Below the pieces are notes generated by a model, which worked only from the letters and a program-made list of their open reading frames with translations, made no database searches and was not told where the DNA came from. The position numbers and the translations under genes were made by a program. This document shows positions 58,834 to 64,000 of a stretch of 64,000 nucleotides of DNA, piece after piece (the stretch's first letter is position 1; each line of letters opens with the position of its first letter). Source of the stretch: a virus; IMG/VR virus record IMGVR_UViG_3300031087_000014; one strand, given 5' to 3'.

Positions 58834-61800
58834 TTAAAAAGACTTGATGATAATACGTTTGCCACAAACAGGGCAGTCGATGTAATGATCCGTGCTAGTG
58901 CATTGCGAAATGTCCTTATATGTCACTGTTTTAATATCAGTGAAGACATAAGATAGCACACTACCACACTGACGACAATTACTTTGCATTTCTTTTTGCT
59001 CACCCACTACTTTGATAGCCATTAGAGAATGTCTCCTTCTGATTTACGATATTTGTACATACTCACCATCCCCAAAAATGCTGGAACGTAGAGGATAGGC
59101 CATAAAACAGCCCCTAGAATAATCATCCAAGGACTATCTACACAGCTTGCCTCAAGACAGTCCACGTAATACACCAGCGTAGCTACCACAAAGCCAACGC
59201 TCAACCACCACAGGATAAATAGCATCATACGAAGCCACCATAAAGTGTCGCAAAGCGTTCTGGATGATTCTTAGGAAGCTTTAACGCCTCTTGAACTTCG
59301 GGTGTGTCCATTCGTGCTGTAATGCGTTTCTCTAGCTCTGCAAAATCTCCTGGGTAGAAAGTCTCTACCTTCATCGTTTTATCTCCAACAGGGATGTTCT
59401 GCAAATCTGGACGACCTTTCAGACGCATTGTACGACTCTTACCCGTTAATGAATTGTGCATTGTGATCTCTTCTGGAAAATCTTCTGGCTTAGCCTTCTC
59501 AATACCAATGCAGAAATCAGCCGCACTATAGAGTTCGCCTGGAGAAAGTCTTGACTTTCCTTCTGGAGTTGATGCCATAAGTACAGTTAGTGTATCTCGT
59601 TTCTGTCCGTTAATAATAGAATCCCCTTTAAGTTGAGTAAGTAGTGTCTCACGTAATAACTGTTCTTGTCCAGCAAAGTTTTCATTACGGGGAGATAACA
59701 TAATCTCCTCCGCATTCCACTTAGAATTCGACAAACCCATCTTCATCGTTCATATCCTCCAAAGTGACTTCATCAAGTGTCTTCAACACTACATACCCAC
59801 TTTTAATACCTGGAACGATCTTATCAAAATATTCCTGGAACAAATCTTCTGCCGCAATCTTGTGTTCAGTGATCACAACAATACGCTTCTCTGCAACATA
59901 AGCTTTCCAAACCTTACCACACTTCCAAATGAAGTCTGCACGATCCGCACTCACCATACCTTTCTTACGTACACGTTTAGCGATTGATTCCAACATCTTT
60001 AATAACTCCGTTCTCTGTTTCGATAGGACACATACTACAAGACAGCCCGTAGGCTGTCAATCGATAATTTTAGCGTAATGATAGTTTAATACCTTATCTT
60101 TATTCGACTGAATCCATTTCAAGCCCATATGAATATCGGTGAAGCAAAAAACTTCGCTTTCTGTCCGTAGTTTAGGTGTAATGGCAGTGACACGACTTGT
60201 GCTAACAATCAGTGCTTTCTTCATCAATCCATCCTCGACACAAATTCGCGGTCTACTTTACCTTCCTTCCAGCGGGTAGACGTTGTGGAGTTAGGGCATA
60301 CGAGGGCGTGGATGCCAACACCATCTGTGCTGGTCAGATAGTACATATGGCACTGAGAAAGCTCGTCTGGCAGCTTAAAAGTCTCAGTTGTGTTTGTTGA
60401 CTCGGCTTTACAACCAACCAAGGCTAATGCAATGGCTGCCACAGCTAAAATCTTTTTCATATTCACTCCTTATTTGTTTTGAATTTTGTCGGTAAGCATT
60501 TCTGCAAATTTACGGCTCAAGTCTTGAATGAGATATTCACGAGGGAAGTGATCCCATACGCGAGTTGTCAGATTCATTGCCATTGCAGCCTCACCTGCGA
60601 TGTAAACACGGACACACATTGCTTCTCGAAGCGAATCTAGCTCTACGCTGGTGTCCATAACGTCCAAGCTATGTAGCTTATATGCCACTTCTAACGGACT
60701 TGCCTCTTTACCATAAGGATAACCAAACTTTGGAACCTCTGGTATACGAATATAATCCTGCCCTGGCTGAATATGGTATTCACTGTCATTCCCGATAAAG
60801 TTCTTACCTAATACTTCATCCATAACATTAGCCATCTCAACAAGGTCTGACATTCTACGTTGTAGCTCGGTGTTATGTAACGCCGATTGAGTGTTTCGAC
60901 GCTCCAGCGACGCTATCTGCTCACGCGCTTTGCGCTTCTGATTTCGACCGTAACGTTTAGACATTACCTTTCCTCCGATAGTAAGCCACATAAGACTGAC
61001 TGTAACTCCAGCCATCTTTATTAGCAGTAATGCTGTCACCATTTAAAGTAACTTGATAATCTTTTTTCAGCTTTCCTGCTAGGGTGAGTTGATTTAACTT
61101 AGCGGCACCTGACAGAATAAGGGTAATACCTGTCTCCCTAGCTAAAATCTCCTCAATAGTACACTCAGACTCTTCTATTGCTAAGAGAATGTCTTTGTGA
61201 ATTGTTTGGTTGTTTGTGACTAAGGTAAAGATATGCATCATACTACCTCGACTGGCAACCACATCTCGTAGCCCTCGATGAACACCTTACCTTCTGGACT
61301 GATAGAATCTTTATCTACCTGGAAGGTTTCGTGACCATAAGCGATAAGCGCCTTAAGAGAACGAATGTCGTACACAGCTTCCATAGTGGAAAGCTCAAAA
61401 AGATCCTCTTCATCGGTGAGGTTTGCCAGGATTGCATTCTTATTCAGCCTTACGTTTAACATTTTCGGTTCTCCTATAAAAGTCTTTCTAACGGATTTTT
61501 TGTGATGCACTTGGGCCAAGCTGATAGCGCTTTCTAGGCTATCTGCAAGATACATCGTTTCCGATGGATCTTTGTTCTCGTAGTGGACTCGCCACTTCCC
61601 TTCTTCCTCGAAGATAATGACTAACACCCAATCCCCTATCTCGGCGCAGTAAATCAGCCCTTCGTACACTCCAGTTTGGGTATCATCCTTAAACTGAGGC
61701 GTTTCTGTTTTTTGTGTCATCACTCCACCTCTACACCTAAAGCGGAGAGTGCTGAAAGATTACCTGCTTCAACCTCTTCTGTCAACACTTTTACACGATG

Positions 61801-63175
61801 TGCTAAGGCAGCACTTAATACTTTTTTGCTAGGCTTTGGTGCGCTATTAACAAGATCTGCCATTTCTCTTGCCTGTTTAGCCTTGAGTTCACGAATAGCC
61901 TGGTTGATATCCAATTCGTCCATAGCCTCTTTACAGATACACATATGACCTGTAACAGTAGCGTCAGAATCAGGATTGAAACTACCCTTAAAGTATGGCT
62001 GGAGAGGCAATCCCTGATGCCCACAGTAGGCACAAACACGACCGTAGCGGGACGTATGCACCATCTTAGTAGGCTTGCCACCAGAAGTGCTGTCGTAACG
62101 GTAGCCGTACATACTGCCGTTATCTCCACGGTCACTACCAACAAAAGAGTTAACGTAATGCTTCTCAGCGCGTGGATCACAGTAGTCAGGGATAGCCATT
62201 TTATTTCTCCTATGAGTAGTATACTTTACAGTTGCAACTTGGACACTTCGGTTCTTTAACATCCAGCTTATCTGGTGCAGCCCTTGGTGCCGTAAGAAGA
62301 TTGTAGCACCTCAGACAACGAACACACAAGACATTTTTATCTGGCACTGTCATCTCGGAAATCGGACGACCTAAGTAATCTGTTCGCGTTAGTTCTCCCA
62401 TACATCGTGGCAGGTTCCAACACTACCATCGCCGTTTTTGCTACAAGTGACAAACTGCTTGTTGATGTAGGAGGCTTCGGTGTTAACCCTCAGCACATAA
62501 GATCCGCAGTCAAAGAAGACTTTGGTGTTGTCATTATTTCGATAAAGCTCTAAACACTGAGGAATGTTTGCATTTAATGCTGATCGTGTAGCTGGTGTCT
62601 CCGCTTGGACAGCAGTTGTAATTGCCATAAGTGCTACGCCAATGCTCAGTACAGTCTTTTTCATTTTCAGTTCCTTATCGTAAGATTTTAAGTGCTTCTG
62701 GACAGTGAGAGGAGTATAGCATCTTCTGGAGATTACTTACAAGCCTCATTTTTCTTTTTGGTGCGAAGAGAAGGTTATCTCTTTGTCGAACATATGTCAA
62801 GCTTGCTGATGGCATAAATGTTCTTACAATCACCTGGAAAACACCATTGTCTACCATCTTACACTCAATTGCAACTGCAAAACACTCAACAAGATTTCCT
62901 CGGTACAGTCGATAGAGGATCAGTCCACCGTCTTCGGCAAAGAATGCTTTATGCATAATCCTTCCCAAGTGAAGATCCACCATCTCCTGCAACATCACCA
63001 TAATCTTATCAATATCCACATCTATGCGCAAGGATCTATCGAAGATTCGATCTGCTACGTGATTCGTGATCACCAGATCCATTTTCAACCCAAACTCTTG
63101 CAGATGTTCATTAGCTTTCTCTGCAATGACGGATTTTCTATCTCGGATAATTCTTCTTGCTTCATAGAGTTTCAT
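58834..63175 (-). CDS. cluster of hypothetical proteins (Zn-ribbon 58834-59022 and 62210-62401, membrane 59022-59228, lipoprotein 60224-60466, exported 62389-62664, others)
   Basis: Co-oriented ORFs; CxxC pairs; lipobox LVGC; signal peptide. Confidence 0.55.
60032..60060 (-). promoter_or_regulatory. sigma70 promoter with hairpin over -35/spacer
   Basis: TTGACA-gcctacgggctgtcttg-TAGTAT; GACAGCC-TACG-GGCTGTC stem. Confidence 0.65.
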
Positions 63176-63187
63176 TTTAGGCTCCTG

Positions 63188-63838
63188 TTATGGCTTTGTT
63201 TGACTATCCAGTACAGCTTTTAGGCGCAGATATGCCTGATGATACTTTTTCATACGCTCAAAGTCTTTCTCTTCCAAACCTTTCAGGCGGCGAACGTCTG
63301 TATTATGACGCAAGTCTGCTAGTTTGACACGAACTGCATCGATATTTGTTAGCATCCTGTCAATGTACTGGTCATAGCTGATACCTTCCTCATTTGACAT
63401 TAGTCGAACTCCTTCTATTACACGATCAGAGAAACCCTTGTCTTTCAGATCTTGTAATGAAACAGGGCAATCGTCGATCAGATCGTGCATTACTGCAATT
63501 GTCATTAGCTCCATATCTTCTGTCTTAAGATAGTGCATCACCTTTAAAGGGTGTAGAATGTAAGGCTTACCGCCTTTATCTACTTGCTGTATATGGCCTT
63601 GTGCTGCTAGCTGGATAGCTAGAGCTAATTGTTGATTTGGTGATAGTTTGGTCATCTCTTTATCCTTGTTGTAGTAGGTGGCTTCTTCGATATAAACAGT
63701 ATAGTCTCTACCGTTGTGTTCTACAACCCAAAACCCATCTTGTTCGTAATCCGAAAGGATCTTTACGATATCCCCCTTCTTCGGGCCTGATGTACCATAA
63801 CACCAATCTGACCTCATTTTTACGTGAGTGTATGTCAT
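63188..63838 (-). CDS. HD-domain hydrolase of the SpoT/Mesh1 type, with in-frame N-terminal extension (alternative start 63655)
   Basis: H..Q.DKGGKPYILHP, AVMHDLIDD, VKLADLRHN. Confidence 0.8.
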   Translation of the reverse strand: MTYTHVKMRSDWCYGTSGPKKGDIVKILSDYEQDGFWVVEHNGRDYTVYIEEATYYNKDKEMTKLSPNQQLALAIQLAAQGHIQQVDKGGKPYILHPLKVMHYLKTEDMELMTIAVMHDLIDDCPVSLQDLKDKGFSDRVIEGVRLMSNEEGISYDQYIDRMLTNIDAVRVKLADLRHNTDVRRLKGLEEKDFERMKKYHQAYLRLKAVLDSQTKP

Positions 63839-64000
63839 AATTACTCCTTATTCATAGCCAAGCCAACTCGGAGAAGATGCGAAGCCAGATCAAGGACGGC
63901 ATCACGATCACTAAATTCCAGCAAAGCTTCGCCGTGCTTGTCCTTAGCAGTGATCCAGATAAGATCAGTATCACCCTCATTGCCTGTCTCAATAGTCAAG

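Overview
This 64-kb window is from a large lytic dsDNA phage of enterobacteria. The gene content (RdgC, ThyX, NrdAB, rmlBACD, T4-type lysozyme, PhoH, HslV-like protein, Sir2, three DNA methyltransferases) suggests a phi92/phAPEC8-like myovirus (Stephanstirmvirinae); this is an inference, not a database result. Layout: (1) 1-28.5 kb, plus strand: DNA repair/recombination and nucleotide-metabolism genes, including a complete dTDP-L-rhamnose pathway. (2) 28.6-42.2 kb, minus strand: small accessory genes (Sir2, C5-MTase, nucleotidyltransferase-like, minimal tyrosine recombinase, kinase-like). (3) 42.2-43.7 kb: an apparently non-coding, palindrome-rich spacer. (4) 43.7-56.3 kb: an early/host-takeover island of tiny genes, many with their own sigma70 promoter, including a clear T7 Ocr homologue, a very acidic neighbour, a T7 gp1.1-like peptide and several promoter-led ORF-less structured units. 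(5) 56.3-56.96 kb: a repeat-rich non-coding tract, possibly the genome terminus. (6) 57-64 kb, minus strand: accessory genes (AAA ATPase, HD hydrolase). The least explained signals are non-coding: the structured spacer, a dispersed ~65-bp element, a cluster of GCGNAGC DNA mini-hairpins, promoters with hairpins in their cores, and candidate small RNAs. No tRNA, rRNA or CRISPR array was seen. All protein calls are motif recognition by eye.
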